NCBI GenBank assembly: GCA_030390025.1
Contig: CM059432.1
Coordinates: 153,018,001 to 153,082,000 of the forward strand
DNA from: Squalus acanthias
Taxonomy: Eukaryota
Reading direction: 5' to 3'
DNA length: 64,000 nt
The translations under genes and the position numbers were made by a program. This document shows, in pieces, positions 35,368 to 48,470 of the stretch; position 1 is the first letter of the stretch; every line of letters begins with the position of its first letter. The notes below the pieces were generated by a model, which had not been told where the DNA came from, searched no databases, and worked only from the letters and a program-made list of their open reading frames with translations.

Positions 35368-36132
35368 GGCCCAGAAATTCGGGTCCCCACGGGTGAGTAC
35401 GCGCTGTGTACTCACCCGTAGGGCCACCGGAAGTGCCGGTTTCGCGCATGCACTGCACATGCACGGGAAACCGGAACTTCCGGTCTCGTGAAGAAAGGGG
35501 TTCGCGGGTCAACCACGTGCGCGGGAGAGGCAGCGCACACGCAGCGAACTTCGGCTTTTTTTACAGGTTTCTCCATGTGGGTAAGTGCCGAGCAACTGCG
35601 CGTGGAAAAAGCAGGCGCAAGGCCTGCTTTTAATAAGGTAAGTGGTGAATTAAGTAAAATTAAAACATTTTTTCCACAGGTTTATTATTTTTAAATACTT
35701 TAAAGAAAGGTAAGTTTATTTTTAGCCCCGTTAAAAACTGTAATTAATTTTTTCAAAAATTTAAATTATTGTTTAAAATAGTTATTTTATGTAATTTATA
35801 GTTATTTTTAAAATGTAATGTTTTTTCAAAAATGTATTTGAAGTTTTAGTTAGGTTTTGGGGCCGATCTCTATTCATAGATTGGACAGGTCTTCCTGTCA
35901 AATCTATGAATGGAGATTCCCTGCTCCGATTGACTCTCCATGGCCCACGTGATCCCAGGGGACGCTTCGAACTAACTGCGCCGCTGGGATCCGTGAGCCC
36001 TGCACACCGGCAGCTGGAGGAGGCCCAGGATCGGAATCCCACGCGGGCCCACAGCACAACGGCAGGCGCGCTATGTAAGTGCACCCGCTATGCTTGCACT
36101 CGCGGGAAGCCTCCGACCCGAATTTCTGGCCC
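35368..36132. mobile_element. Harbinger-type MITE
   Basis: TIRs ggcccagaaattcgggtc / gacccgaatttctggccc, TSD cat/cat. Internal similarity to 15234-15947 (cgtgatcccaggg..ac.ctt). Confidence 0.88.
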
Positions 36133-37674
36133 CATATGTGTTTTTTTTTTAAACTGCAGCATGTGTGAAATTGGACATCATCCTTTGGTTGATGAGAATT
36201 GAATTCTGATGGGCAGTGTGGTGCAGCTCATACCATAAATGGATGGGATGGGTTGGTGTCTATTATCTCTTCTCTTCCTTTCCCCATTTCCTTCGACGTA
36301 CACTTAAGCAAACCAAGTCCTCAACCTCAGTTGTGCTGTTCTAGAGAGGGCCAAGCAGAGGGCATGCTGTTCCACAGAAGCAGTCGTCAGTTCCACACTT
36401 GCAGCAGCCTGGGTGTCCATCACGGCGTGTACAATAAGGAGACAGTTAAAAAGAGGAAATAGAGAAGGGGCCTGATTGGCGTCATCAGATCACCCTCCAT
36501 ACATCGGTTTCTGGGGCGTTAGATCAAGGGAAGTGAAGTGGGGACCTAGAACACAAGGCCTCAGCTCCCTTTGCACTGGGTGTCTATTTACAGGACACGC
36601 CCTCTTCCGCCATGGGAAGGAAGCTTCCCGTTTTAAATTAAAGACACAGGAGTGGTGGCGGAACACCTGCCTATGTTTCTCCTGCCAGCAACCCTCTTTG
36701 GACGTGCATCAAGGTAGGGTTTTAAATTTAGTCAGGCCAAAGAAGAATAAGGAGGGCTGGCAGGCCAGCCGTTCCCGACTTTCAGGCCTGCAGCGTGGTG
36801 TAACTTCCCTTCCCCGATCCGGGCTGACTGTCCGTTCGCCGGCAGACAGCCTCACCCAGTGCACGACCAACCCATGCTGATCACCTGAGCTCACAAATTC
36901 AGCTGGGTTCAGGTTTGGTTCAGTCTTTAAATGCACACCTCACCGCCCAATTTATACTGGTGTGGAAGCAACAGGGATATCAGCCCCTCGGAGTCTTATG
37001 CTCAAGAAGAAGAAAAATAATTTTAAGCAAATGCTCGATTGGGAATATATCTGCTTTGCTCAATGGCTCTGTATAAGCTACAGCAGAAATAAACCCAGTT
37101 GAAGTAGTGAAGCATTATATAGCTCCCCTCTGAAGAATAAGGCCTGTTCTCAATGAGCAGCCTTGGGCATGAGATTAATTATTGAACTCCAGGAAGTTAC
37201 ATCCAACATTGAGTCTCACACCCAAATCAGTCATCGCTGATAATAGTTGGTTCTTTATTGGGTTTAGCTCATGATACTCTGTGGGCCCAATAATCACACT
37301 TCAGTAATTATAGTCACAAGTAGAAAGTTGCATAAGGCTACTTTTACTGGTATCATTACAGTCCTGCAGCCTCCTACATTTTTTCCTATGGGTTTGGCAT
37401 AGTGATGAATACTTGGTCAGGTGAGTTGGAGCTACCTATTTTGTCAATTACTAGGAGACAGATCCCATTATCTTGAGTTAGTCGACTGTCTCCTGGTATT
37501 TTTGAAGCCTTTATGTCAGTTACATGATACCGCCTTAAATATTTTCCTTACTGTCATGCAACAGTTTTGAAAGTTAATTTTGTTCACACTAGTAGCCCAG
37601 GACATTTGACTGCCCTCTATTCTAGACATTTTGGGAGGAATTTTCACTCCCGGGTGTGAAGTCTTCCTGCCTAG

Positions 37675-39130
37675 TGAGCATAAGAATAGGAACAGGCCAT
37701 TCAGCTCCTTGAGCCTGTTCCACCATTCAATTAGATCATGGCTGATCTGTACCTCAACTCCATTTACCCACCTTAACTCCATATCCCTTGATATCCCTTA
37801 CCTAACAAAAATCTATCGATCTGTCTTGAAAGCTCCAATTGTCCCAGCACACACAGCCTTTTGGGGAAGAGAATTCCAGATTTCTACTATCCCTCCTAAA
37901 TGACCTAGCTCTAATGTTAAGATTATGTTCCCTCGTTCTTGATTTCCCCCACCAGAGGAAATAGTTTATCTAGCTTATTGAATCCTTTTATCCTTTTATT
38001 ATTTTATACACCAAATCATCCCTCAATCTCTAAGCCCAAGGAAATACAAGCTAAGTTTGTGCAACCTGTCCTCACAATTTAACCCTCTAAACCCCGGTAT
38101 CATTCTGGCACTGCACCTCCTCCAAGGCCAATATATCCTTCCTGAAGTGTGGTGCCCAAAACTGAATGCAGTTCTCCAGATGGATTCTGGCCAAGGCTCT
38201 ATATAACTGAAACATAACTTTCTCCCCTTTGTATTCCAGTCCCCTTGAGATAGAAGGCCAATATTCACTGGCACCGGCATGATGGGCTGAATGGCCTCCT
38301 GGGCCATTTTAATAATATTTGTACCTGTCTACAAGCTCTAAATGATTTGTGTAGTTGGATTCCCAAATCTCTTTGTTCCTCTTCAGTTCCTAGTTTCTTA
38401 CCATTTAGACACTGCACTGATTTATCTTTCTTCGGTCCAAAGTGGATGATCTCACACTTGCCCACATTGAACTCCATTTGCCATCGTTTTGCCCACTGAC
38501 CTAATCTCTCTATGTCCCTTTGCAACTTCCTGCTCCCATCTGCATGACTTCCTGTCCCTCCTAATTTAATGTCAGCTGCAAACTTGGACATACAACTCTC
38601 TATTCCTTCACTCAAGTCATTAATAAATATGGTGAAAAGTTGAGGCCCCAGAACAGATTCCTGAGGAACACCACTTGTCACATCCCGCCAATCTGAGTAC
38701 ATACCCTTTATCGCCACTCCTTGTCTGCTACCTCCAAACCAATTTCCAACCCAAGTCAAAAAGCTGCCGCCAATTCCATGTGCTCTCACTTTTGCTAATA
38801 ATCTTTTGTGTGGAACCTTATCGAATGCCTTCTAGAGGTCCATATAGATAACATACATAGACATTCCCTTGTCTATCTTATTAGTGACCTCCTCAAAAAA
38901 TTCAATTTGATTAGTCAGACATAACTTACTTTTAACAAAGCCATGCAAGCTGTCTCTGATCAGCTCATATGTGTTCAAGTGGCCAGTCACTCCTTCCCTA
39001 ATGACTGATTCTTTTAGTTTCCCCACAAGTGACGTTAAACTGACAGGCCTATAGTTACCTGGTTTCTCTCCCCCATCATTCTTAAATAATGGAGTAACAT
39101 TAGCAATTTCCCAGTCACAATTCCCGAATC
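37675..39130 (-). mobile_element. CR1 LINE, degenerate
   Basis: RAHGIGG...GVPQESVLGPQLFTIFINDL...KFAADIKLGG, with a 3' UTR at about 37675-37770. Confidence 0.88.
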
Positions 39131-39994
39131 AAGGGAGTTTTGGATATTGGCCGGGCCTCATTTACATTCCGCTGGCCAGCTGCCCGCACAAAACAGGTAT
39201 AAAGAGGCAACTGGCCAACTGCCCGCAGACAGACATTCATAGCTCAGGTATATGGGGGGGGGGGGGGAGACGGGCACGGTGGTTGGTTAGCTCCGTTCCA
39301 TGGGTTGGAAGGGGGTTGGAGCCAAGGGCAGCAGAGGCCCAGAGTTAACTTGTGGGGCCTGGAGGAGCACGCCGGCTAAGATAAGTTTGAAACCTAACTC
39401 TGCTTCCTCTCCGACAGGTTTTACTGTGTGGGGTGCTCATGGTAGCAGCAGAGAAAGGGGGCCCCGAGAGTAAATCAGCACGCGCAAAGACATCATGTTA
39501 AAGCACTTTAGGATGTCCTGAGGTCGTGAAAGGTGCAATATAAATTCAAGTCTTTTTATGAGTTTCAGAGTGTAGTGCTTGTACTTTGACACAATACTGT
39601 GTGATACAGGAGAGCAAAGCTCCTTAATAGTTACACGGTGTACTGAATTCGTGTTTGTTAGCAAACAAGTTCACTGTGCAATATTGCTATTAATATTGTG
39701 TTGCATCAGTTACGCAGGAAGAGGTTTCTCTGGTCAGTGACACAGCTGCAGTGGTGTCAGATCCAAACTGCAAGTCATTATGAGCACATGTCATGCAGTC
39801 CTTGTGTAAGATGAGGCCAGTGCAGTAGGACCAAAGCACAGCCAGTCTAAAGCTCACTGACGTCTCACTGGGCTCAACGCCCAGGATTTTCCAGGGTCGG
39901 CCTAATAAATTATTCATGGTGAGCTCCTGGCCTATATTCAGCGTGATGCTGGGAGCTTGGCAAACATGGGAAGGAGGGGAGGAAGGGAATAACC

Positions 39995-40240
39995 TTGAAG
40001 GGCTTCAATCGTTCCACCATTGGCGGCCGTGCCTTCAGCTGTCAAGGCCCAAAACTCTGGAATTCCCTCCCTAAACCTCTCCATCTCTCTACCTCTCTTT
40101 CCTCCTTTAAGACGCTCCTCCTTAAAACCTACCTCTTTATCTCCTTATGTGGCTCAATTTCAAATTTTGATTTATCACCCTCTTGTGAATCGCCTTGGGA
40201 CGTTTAACAAAGGTGCTATATAAATACAAGTTGTTGTTGC
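39995..40240 (+). mobile_element. L2 3' end
   Basis: RSTIGGRAFSCQGPKLWNSLP...FKTLL and tail gctatataaatacaagttgttgttg. Confidence 0.85.
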
Positions 40241-43179
40241 TACTGCTGAATTTTAAAATGATACACCTATCTAAAAGTAAATGGCCACATAAGGAGTCAA
40301 AACTTGTTGGAGTCTTTATAAAGGTTGTGAATACAATTAAAGAATATTTCAGCCTTTACAAAGACTGCTTGGGGGGACAAAAGTGGCCGGCAAAATAAAT
40401 GTGGAGGCATGAAATGGACAAGTGATGGATGTGTAACTCCTGCTTGATAGTTGGAAAAGTGGAGGTGCTGCTGTATGAGGAGGATTGTGGGGTGGTGTGG
40501 AAGAGGGTTGACCTGGACGGCACTCCAGGGCATCCTGCACACAAGATAGTAGTGCAACTGACAATCAGGCTCAATGCTTGTGCACAGTAGCTGCAGGACT
40601 CAGGAATAGATGCAGGAAAAGATAAGGAACCTGGCAGGGTAAAGAGTACTCAACAGTATCATGTACCACGTGGATGGCCCAAGGCTGCCTGTCAATCCAT
40701 TCCATGTTTACTGGCTATCTGCCAAGCTGTCATGCACACTTACAACATTTTTATAGCATCTCGTACATTCCCATATACTGGAACACACACATTCATACTG
40801 CAAGTCGCCACACAATACAAACTGAAGAGGGGCTCAGAAATCACCAGCCCTTGGCTCCTTTGGAAGATGCCACTCTAAGCATCATTCCATATAAGAACAT
40901 GGAGGGAGTAGGGGAATGTGATCCCACAGACCTCACCAAGCTCAGGGTGAGTGCCAACCTGCTCTTATATCTTGCCCCCTTTCACAGTCACTCACACACA
41001 TATGTATACAACTGCACAGTCCATCACAAGGCAAGCTCTGTTTGAAGGTATCTGTGTATACTTCAAAAGTACTTCATTGGTTGTAAAGTGCTTTGGGACC
41101 TCCTGAGGTTGTGAAAATTACTACATAAATGCACGTTCCTAACTTTCTTAAATACAGTGTGGTGGGAATTGGTAGCCTGGTGAAGGACATGCTGACTAAC
41201 CAGTTGCCTGTTTGATGCTTGTGTGCCTTCTTTCATCTTGTTCCACATCAACCATCAAATACTGTATCTGGAGTGCGTGCAAACCAATCCCTATTATTAA
41301 CTTTACCTTCACTTGCCGCCTGCCATGAGACACTGCAGTTTGCACTTGGATGATTTGAGACTCCCCGAGCTCCCTGAAATGTGAGAGGAACTCCTGTCCA
41401 TGTGTTCTCTTTTTTTCCTGTAAACACTTCACTCACTCACAGCCCCTTTTCACACTTAGCGAGCAGTAATGGGAACCATGAAGAGTAAATGAAAATGGCC
41501 CCCCACTATTGAAAATAGATATAGTCCCAATATATTTCAGAAATATTAAAACACCTCGAAGAAAATAAGTCCCAAAACAATACTGTAACAAAAAAAATAT
41601 CAAAGGCTGTTCTTTTATAGCTCTATTGCCTCCCTTGTGTCCATTCAAAATGGGTTTGGTAGCAAAAAAGTAAAATCTTGGGGCAAAAGCTGGGAATTTG
41701 TACTAGGTATTCATTTAAGTATTGTTTGCAATAATTCTCTAGAATCTTAATGAGGGGTATTTATTTAATGAGTCAGAGTTCCTGTGGAAAGCCGTGTTCG
41801 AGGGGACAGTAGATCAGGCAGAGGTCAGCGCACTCAATCCCTCGATCGGAAAATTGAGAGTGCGCAAATTGTGTGCACCTACATTGGCGTCTGATGCGTC
41901 TTCCCGATGATCGAGGTTCTGCACTGGGAGGGCTACCTTGTAAAATTTGCCCCAAAAAGTGCACAATGACTCCAGTGTACAAACCGCCTGGGAGCAGATA
42001 AATCCTGAGCAGAAGGATGCTTGAGGCCTGCTCAACCAATCTGCTGCTCCTGATTGGAGGGCAAGGCCATTGTCCTATCAAAGCAGAGGTGAAGGGTGCC
42101 AAATGAAGGCTGCAGAGAGAGTGAATGGAGACTTTCAGGTCCAAATGGCCCGACAACAAGAGGGCAAGAAGCTTCATGATGTCAGGAGGTTGCATATGTT
42201 ATTTTACATTTGGACCATAGTTCACATGGGACAAACCAAAATTGTGAGCTGGGACTCCTTCAGAGAGGCAAGATGAAAAGGAAAATAAGTTTTTCCCCAT
42301 TCTACACACAGGTTTTAATCCTGAAAAGTTGAAGAGGACACATTTTGTGGGGCACACAAATAGCTTGCATTGTGAAGAATACATTTTGGAAGATGTATTC
42401 TGATCCAACACAGCTAGCAGAAAGTATATGCAAGCTGTATTGGAGAGTGTTCACAAAGGAGGGATGTGGACTAGATACAGGGTCTAGTAGTATTAGAGCT
42501 TAATGCTGTAGTAACCTTCAGAGCTGCAGGATCAGTCATGTTTTAGAAGTTATCTGCAAGGTCAGACTGGAACAATTGGCACAACTCAGTAACAGCCTCA
42601 CTAGTGAAGCAGAGATGGCAAAAACAGGTCCCCTTTGATCTGCCCAGTTATGAGTATCAGAGTTTATAGGTGCAGGTCCTGGAATACTGACGCATGTGGA
42701 CATAACACCTCAGGTGCCATTGCACCTCCATTTCTTATCTCCTCATGAACTCATCTTCTCATCTAAATCATGGAGCACCCTGGAAATCCCAACCGCAATT
42801 CACATCCCCATCAAATGTGTTTCCTGCAACTTCAATTGCTACAAGAAGCACCAATGCTGGGGGAGAGTCAACCTGACAAAATGGGAAAATGGTGCCCTCC
42901 ACAGCAATGGAAATGAATGCAGGGAGAAAATGCAAATTAACATCAATATTTCATCAAAGAAACACAAATTTGGTATCCCCTGTTCCAACGGAAACCTACC
43001 ATCTTCAGCAGGCCAGGCATATGGGTTAGTCAGGCTTCCATTTTATACATGCAGGAGATGAGTTCTGGGCAGAGCTTGATCATAGAATGTGAGCTCAGTG
43101 TGGAACTGGAAGCTTATGTTAATTGTTGAAATGAACTGAGCCTGTAAAAATTGTCTACCATCGCCTCAGTGCTCTGTGG

Positions 43180-43690
43180 GCCCATCAGCCAGCTACCCAC
43201 CCACCCAGCTACCCACCCAGCCAGCCAGCTACCCACCCAGCCAGCTACCCACCCAGCCAGCCAGCTACCCACCCAGCCAGCTACCCACCCAGCCAGCCAG
43301 CCAGCCACCCACCCACCCAGCCAGCTACCCACCCACCCACCCAGACAGCTACCCACCCACCCAGCCAGCTACCCACCCACCCAGCCAGCTACCCACCCAG
43401 CTACCCACCCAGCCAGCTACCCACCCACCCAGCCAGCTACCCACCCAGCCAGCCAGCTAACCGGCCCATCAGCCAGCCAGTTAATTAGTCAGCCAGTTAG
43501 CTGACCAGTCTATCAGCCAGCCAGCCAACTAGCCTAGCAGCTAACCAGCCTGTCTGTCAACCAGCTAGCCAGCTAATCAGTCTGCCAGCCGGCTAACCAG
43601 CCAGACAACCAGCCAGCTAACTAGACAGCCAGCTAGCTAACCAGTCCATCAGCCAGCCAGCTAGTCAACCAGCTAACCCGCCAGCCATTT
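43180..43690. repeat. Tetranucleotide-based low-complexity array (CCAG/CCAC/CTAC)
   Basis: Visible directly. A similar motif resumes at about 46158-46200. Confidence 0.9.
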
Positions 43691-43817
43691 CTGCTACAGA
43701 TATTTCTGGTCTTGCAAAATCAGGGCTAAGAAGTACACATTCAAGTGAGACCAAACCATTGCACACACTTGAACTCACTCAAAACCAAGTAATTGGTCTT
43801 TGATGGAATATCACTTG

Positions 43818-43903
43818 TGGAAGATTCTGCCTCCTTCTCCGTACTCCCCTGATTTCTCTATCTCGTCTATGATGCATGACATCAATGGATATTCCACTTA
43901 CAA
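43818..43903 (+). pseudogene. Possible Tc1/mariner transposase remnant (continues after the CR1 at 45649-45850)
   Basis: WKILPPSPYSPDF resembles the mariner W..LPHPPYSPDL motif. SMDIPLTS|.HF spans the CR1 junction, and PDLLPINYFLW lies at 45794-45826. Confidence 0.5.
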
Positions 43904-45648
43904 GTGAAACATGGTTTTACGAAGGGGAAGTCATGTTTGACAAATTTGCTGGAGTTCTTTGAGGAAGTAACATATAGAGTGGATAAAGGGGAACCAGTGG
44001 ACGTAGTGTATTTAGACTTCCAAAAGGCATTTGACAAGGTGCCACACAAAAGATTATTGCTTAAGGTAAAAAATCACGGAATTGGGGGTAATATTCTGGC
44101 ATGGATAGAGGATTGGCTATCTAACAGAAAGCAAAGAGTTGGGATAAATGGTTCATTCTCAGACTGGCAATCAGTAACTAGTGGTGTTCCACAGGGGTCA
44201 GTGCTGGGTCCCCAACTCTTCACAATCTATATTAACGATTTGGAGGAAGGGACCAAGTGTAACATATCAAAATTTGCAGATGATACAAAGATGGGAGGGA
44301 AAGTAGTGAGTGAGGAGGACATAAAAAACCTGCAAGGGGACATAGACAGGCTAAGTAAGTGGGCAGAGATTTGGCAGATGGAATACAACACTGGAAAGTG
44401 TGAGGTGATGCACTTTGGCAGGAAAAATCCTAGAGCAATTTATTATCTTAATGGCAAGAAACTGGAGAGTACTGAAGTGCAAAGGGATCTGGGGGTCCTG
44501 GTGCACGAAACTCAAAAGGTTAGTATGCAGGTGCAGCAAGTGATTAAGAAGGCAAATGGAATGTTGGCTTTCATTGCTAGGGGGATAGAATATAAAAATA
44601 GGGAGGTATTGCTTCAGTTGTACAAGGTATTGGTGAGACCGCACCTGGAATACTGCATACAGTTTTGGTGTCCTTACTTAAGGAAAGACATCCTTGCTCT
44701 CGAGGCAGTGCAAAAAAGGTTCACTCGGTTAATCCCGGGGATGAGGGGGTGGTCATATGAGGAGAGGTTGGGCAGATTGGGACTCTACTCATTGGAGTTC
44801 AGAAGAATGAGAGGCGATCTTATTGAAACATATAAGATTGTGAAGGGGTTGGATCGGGTGGATGCGGGGAGGATGTTCCCGATGACGGGTGAGACGAGAA
44901 CTAGGGGACATAGTCTTAGAATAAGGGGCTGCTCTTTCAAAACTGAGATGAGGAGGAACTACTTCACTCAGAGGGTGGTAGGTCCATGGAATATGCTGCC
45001 ACAAAAAGCTGTAGAAGCTACAACATTAATTAAATTTAAAACAGAAATAGACAGTTTCCTAGAAGTAAAGGGCATTAAGGGTTACGGGGAGCGGGCAGGA
45101 ATTTGGACATGAGTCTAGGTTCGGATCGGTCATGGCCCTGTGGGTAGTGGAGCGGGCCCAGGGACTGTGTAGCCTGATTCTGCTCCTATTTCGTGTGTGC
45201 AATTCTGTTAGATGCAGGAGATGGTTCTGTGATAGATAGTAGATTGGCGGTTAGGATCAGATCAGCCATGATCTTATTGAATGGCGGAGCAGGCTCGAGG
45301 GGCCGATTGGCCTACTCCTGCTCCTATTTCTTATGTTCTTATGTTCTTATGTTCTTATAAGTAAAGGGAATTAAGGGTTACGGGGAGCGGGCAGGAATTT
45401 GGACATGAGTCTAGGTTCGGATCGGTCATGGCCCTGTGGGTAGTGGAGCGGGCCCAGGGACTGTGTAGCCTGATTCTGCTCCTATTTCGTGTGTGCAATT
45501 CTGTTAGATGCAGGAGATGGTTCTGTGATAGATAGTAGATTGGCGGTTAGGATCAGATCAGCCATGATCTTATTGAATGGCGGAGCAGGCTCGAGGGGCC
45601 GATTGGCCTACTCCTGCTCCTATTTCTTATGTTCTTATGTTCTTATGT
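43904..45648 (+). mobile_element. Young 5'-truncated CR1 with an uninterrupted 402-aa RT C-terminal frame and a duplicated 3' end
   Basis: ORF 43904-45112 (HGFTKGKSCLTNL, LDFQKAFDKVPH, GVPQGSVLGP, FADD). 45063-45358 is repeated at 45359-45648. Confidence 0.95.
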
Positions 45649-46351
45649 AACATTTCCGAATTCACAGACGTTCCAAGGTCACTTAATGTCTAAGTGGAAA
45701 TACTTAACCCTACTTTAATTCTGATTAACTACTACCTATTTATTTCACGGGAGATTATTTGACAAGGACAGTAGCTTTCTCAAACATATTCGGCCAGATC
45801 TACTCCCCATCAATTATTTTCTTTGGCGTTTAAGACAATGGGGACAAGTTTCAAAGATTCCTAAAAGTAATGTAAAAGTTAACAACCAGAAGGCCAGAAA
45901 AATATGCTGCCATCTACGATTGTTTCAATGGCCCACCCTCCCATTAAGCAAGGCTCCCCACTGGCGCACAAACTCATACTGGGCAGTTGTTGCTAAAATA
46001 TTTCTTATATTGTGCTGCTGTCATTAAAATAGTATTTATTTGGCTCTCAACACGAGTTTTGGCTCGGTATTTTATAGATGTTAACAACTTATATGAGTTA
46101 TGTGTATATGATGTTCCCTTTTACTACTTTTGAAAATGTTCACTAAAATTCCTATCTCAGCTACCCTATCTAACCAGTCCATCAGCCAGCCAGCTATCCT
46201 ATCTGAGCACACATTTACGGCAGGGAGTCTTGTTCCCTGGTAACGCATTCTGGGAAATCATGTGTCCCAGTTCTGTCTGTAATGGGTGCTTGCGATTTCC
46301 TGAAAACAGGAGGCTGGTGGTTGGAGCTTCCCACTGCCAACGCAAACTCAC

Positions 46352-46437
46352 CATTGTGAAGAGGGTTCCACTTTACAGCAATGCAAATGTGACTGTATAA
46401 CTCAACACTCAGAACCTGCTCGGACTTGAGCTTCACC
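46352..46437 (-). other. Candidate 86-bp exon of an unidentified host transcript
   Basis: tatatag|GGTGAAG...CACAATG|gtgagt. One open frame, VKLKSEQVLSVELYSHICIAVKWNPLHN, in non-repetitive DNA. The polypyrimidine tract is weak. Confidence 0.25.
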
Positions 46438-47462
46438 CTATATACAGTATGAGCATGAGCTTAACAGGTCTGTGGGAACCTCCTTCACAAATTCATGGAG
46501 ATCTTTTGTATTTTAACTCTCCTATCCAGGCTCTCAAAACAATCTTTCATCCCTCAACCAACATCACTTAAAAAACAGATTATCTGGTCATGATCACATT
46601 GCTGTTTGTGGGAGCTTGCTGTGCGCAACTTGGCTGCCGTGTTTCCTACATTACAACAGTGACTCCACTTCAAAAGTACTTCATTGGCTGTAAAGCGCTT
46701 GGGATATCCTGATGTCGTAAACGTGCTAGAGAAATGCAAGTCTTTCAAATCTATCTTTCTTTACAGTCTCAAACTGGTAGCACAATATGTTGTAGATGTT
46801 ACAAGCCAGCCCAGTTTCCTGTGCTGGGGGTAAATTTTGGAAATTCAAGGACGGAGGTTACTGCAAGAATTTCCATCCATTAATTTCCAAAATGGGCTCA
46901 TGGCTTGCAAAGTTCCCTACCAGGAGCCGTATAACAGTTCAATCTATAATGATGTGAAATATTCAGAGAGGGAATTATTGAAACTTGCCTGTGACTGGTC
47001 TGAGGCATAAGTGCAGGAATGGGATCTGATACGATGTATATTCCTCAGCATCAAGACAAAGTCCGAGAGCAGGGTTTTGGGCACGTATCAGGCAGAGGGA
47101 GTTGTGAAAGACCAGAAACCACAGGAATGAAAGTGCCTGAAGCATTGGCGGAGTCACTTAAGGCTTGGTTCTGTAGAATATCATTACAGTAAAGTATAAT
47201 TATATTATTAAGTCCTCCTCAGTGTTGGATATGCAAATGACACCCAGGGAACATTGGTCGTTTAACTTGGGATTGTAAGTCAAAGTTGATATGCCAATCT
47301 GCAGCTCATGCGTAAGATATCTACAATCTCTATGTCACAGGAAAAACCACATTTTCTGTCCAAGATCAAATCCATCTAACCTGAATTGTAAATCGAAGTT
47401 ATTAAATCAAGCTCGTTTATACAATATCCTCACACCAACAAAAGGCGACTATTTATTCTGTT

Positions 47463-47932
47463 AGGGTGTCAGCCATGGCTCAGTGGTAGTACTCTCACCG
47501 CTGAATTGAAAGGTTGCGGATTCAAGTCCTGCTCCAAAGACTTGAGCACATAATCTAGGCTGGCACTTCAGTGCAGTACTGAGGGAGCGCTGCACTGTTG
47601 GAGGTGCTGTCTTTTCGATGTGATGTTAAACCGATGTCCTGTCTCCCTGTCATGGACGTAAAAATTCCCACAGCACTACATCAAGAAGAGCAGGGAGTTC
47701 TCCCTGGTGACCTGGGGCCAAATATTTATCCCTCAACCAACACCTAAAAACAGATGATCTGGTCATTTATTTCATTGTTGGCTGTGGGATCTTGCTGTGC
47801 GCAGATTGGCTGCTGCATTTCCTACATTACAACAGTGACTACACTCCAAAATGACTTCATTGGCTTTAAAGTACTTTCTGATGTCCTGAGGTCTGGAAAG
47901 GCGCTTTATTAATGCAAGTTCTTTCTTTCTTA
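47463..47932 (+). mobile_element. tRNA-derived DeuSINE-like SINE with L2-type tail
   Basis: A box tggctcagtgg, B-box-like gattcaagtc, Deu-like body (ctgcactgttggaggtgctgtc...gaagagcagggag...cttgctgtgcgc...attggctgc) and tail aatgcaagttctttc. Partial copies lie at 46545-46760 (+) and 60830-61085 (-). Confidence 0.85.
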
Positions 47933-47953
47933 CTTCATAATCAAAATTTTTGC

Positions 47954-48372
47954 GGGGAACGGTAGCACAGTGTTTATGTTACTGAACGAGTAATCCAGAG
48001 GCCTGAACTAATGATCTGGAGTCATGAGTTCGAATCCCACCACAGCAACGAGGGAATTTAAATTCAATTAAACAAATCTGGAATAAAAAGCTAGTATCAA
48101 TAAAGGGGACAATGAAACTATCGGATTGTCGTAAAAACCCATCTGGTTCACTAATGTCCTTCAGGGAAGGAAATCTGCCGTCCTTACCGGGTCTGGTGTA
48201 TATGTGACTCCAGACCCACAGCAATGTGGTTGATTCTTAACTGCCCTCTGAAATGACCTAGCAAGTCGCTCAGTTGTATGAGGTGCCACCACCACCACCT
48301 TCTCAAGGGCAATTAGGATGGGCAATAAATGCTGGCATTGCCAGCGAGACCTGTGAATGAATTTAAAAAAAA
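47954..48372 (+). mobile_element. tRNA-derived SINE matching both ends of the LINE at 23011-26258
   Basis: B box gttcgaatc (48028-48036). The body matches 23011-23309 and the tail matches 26160-26258. Confidence 0.9.
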
Positions 48373-48470
48373 GATCACTTGAGGGAAGCGCTGGGGACAG
48401 TGCCGAGAGCGGCCATGACCATAATCCCTAGTGTTATCAGTCTGAGTCTTCGATAGCCTGGAGAGGCTTG

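Noticed and set aside
43114..43504. P/Q/T-rich and W/G-rich ORFs
   Set aside because: They are translations of a tetranucleotide low-complexity array.
46920..47130. Plus-strand peptide YSERELLKLACDWSEA with a faint BACK-domain-like look, and a minus-strand signal-peptide-like ORF
   Set aside because: The plus frame has an in-frame stop, both are short, and the resemblance is too weak to support.
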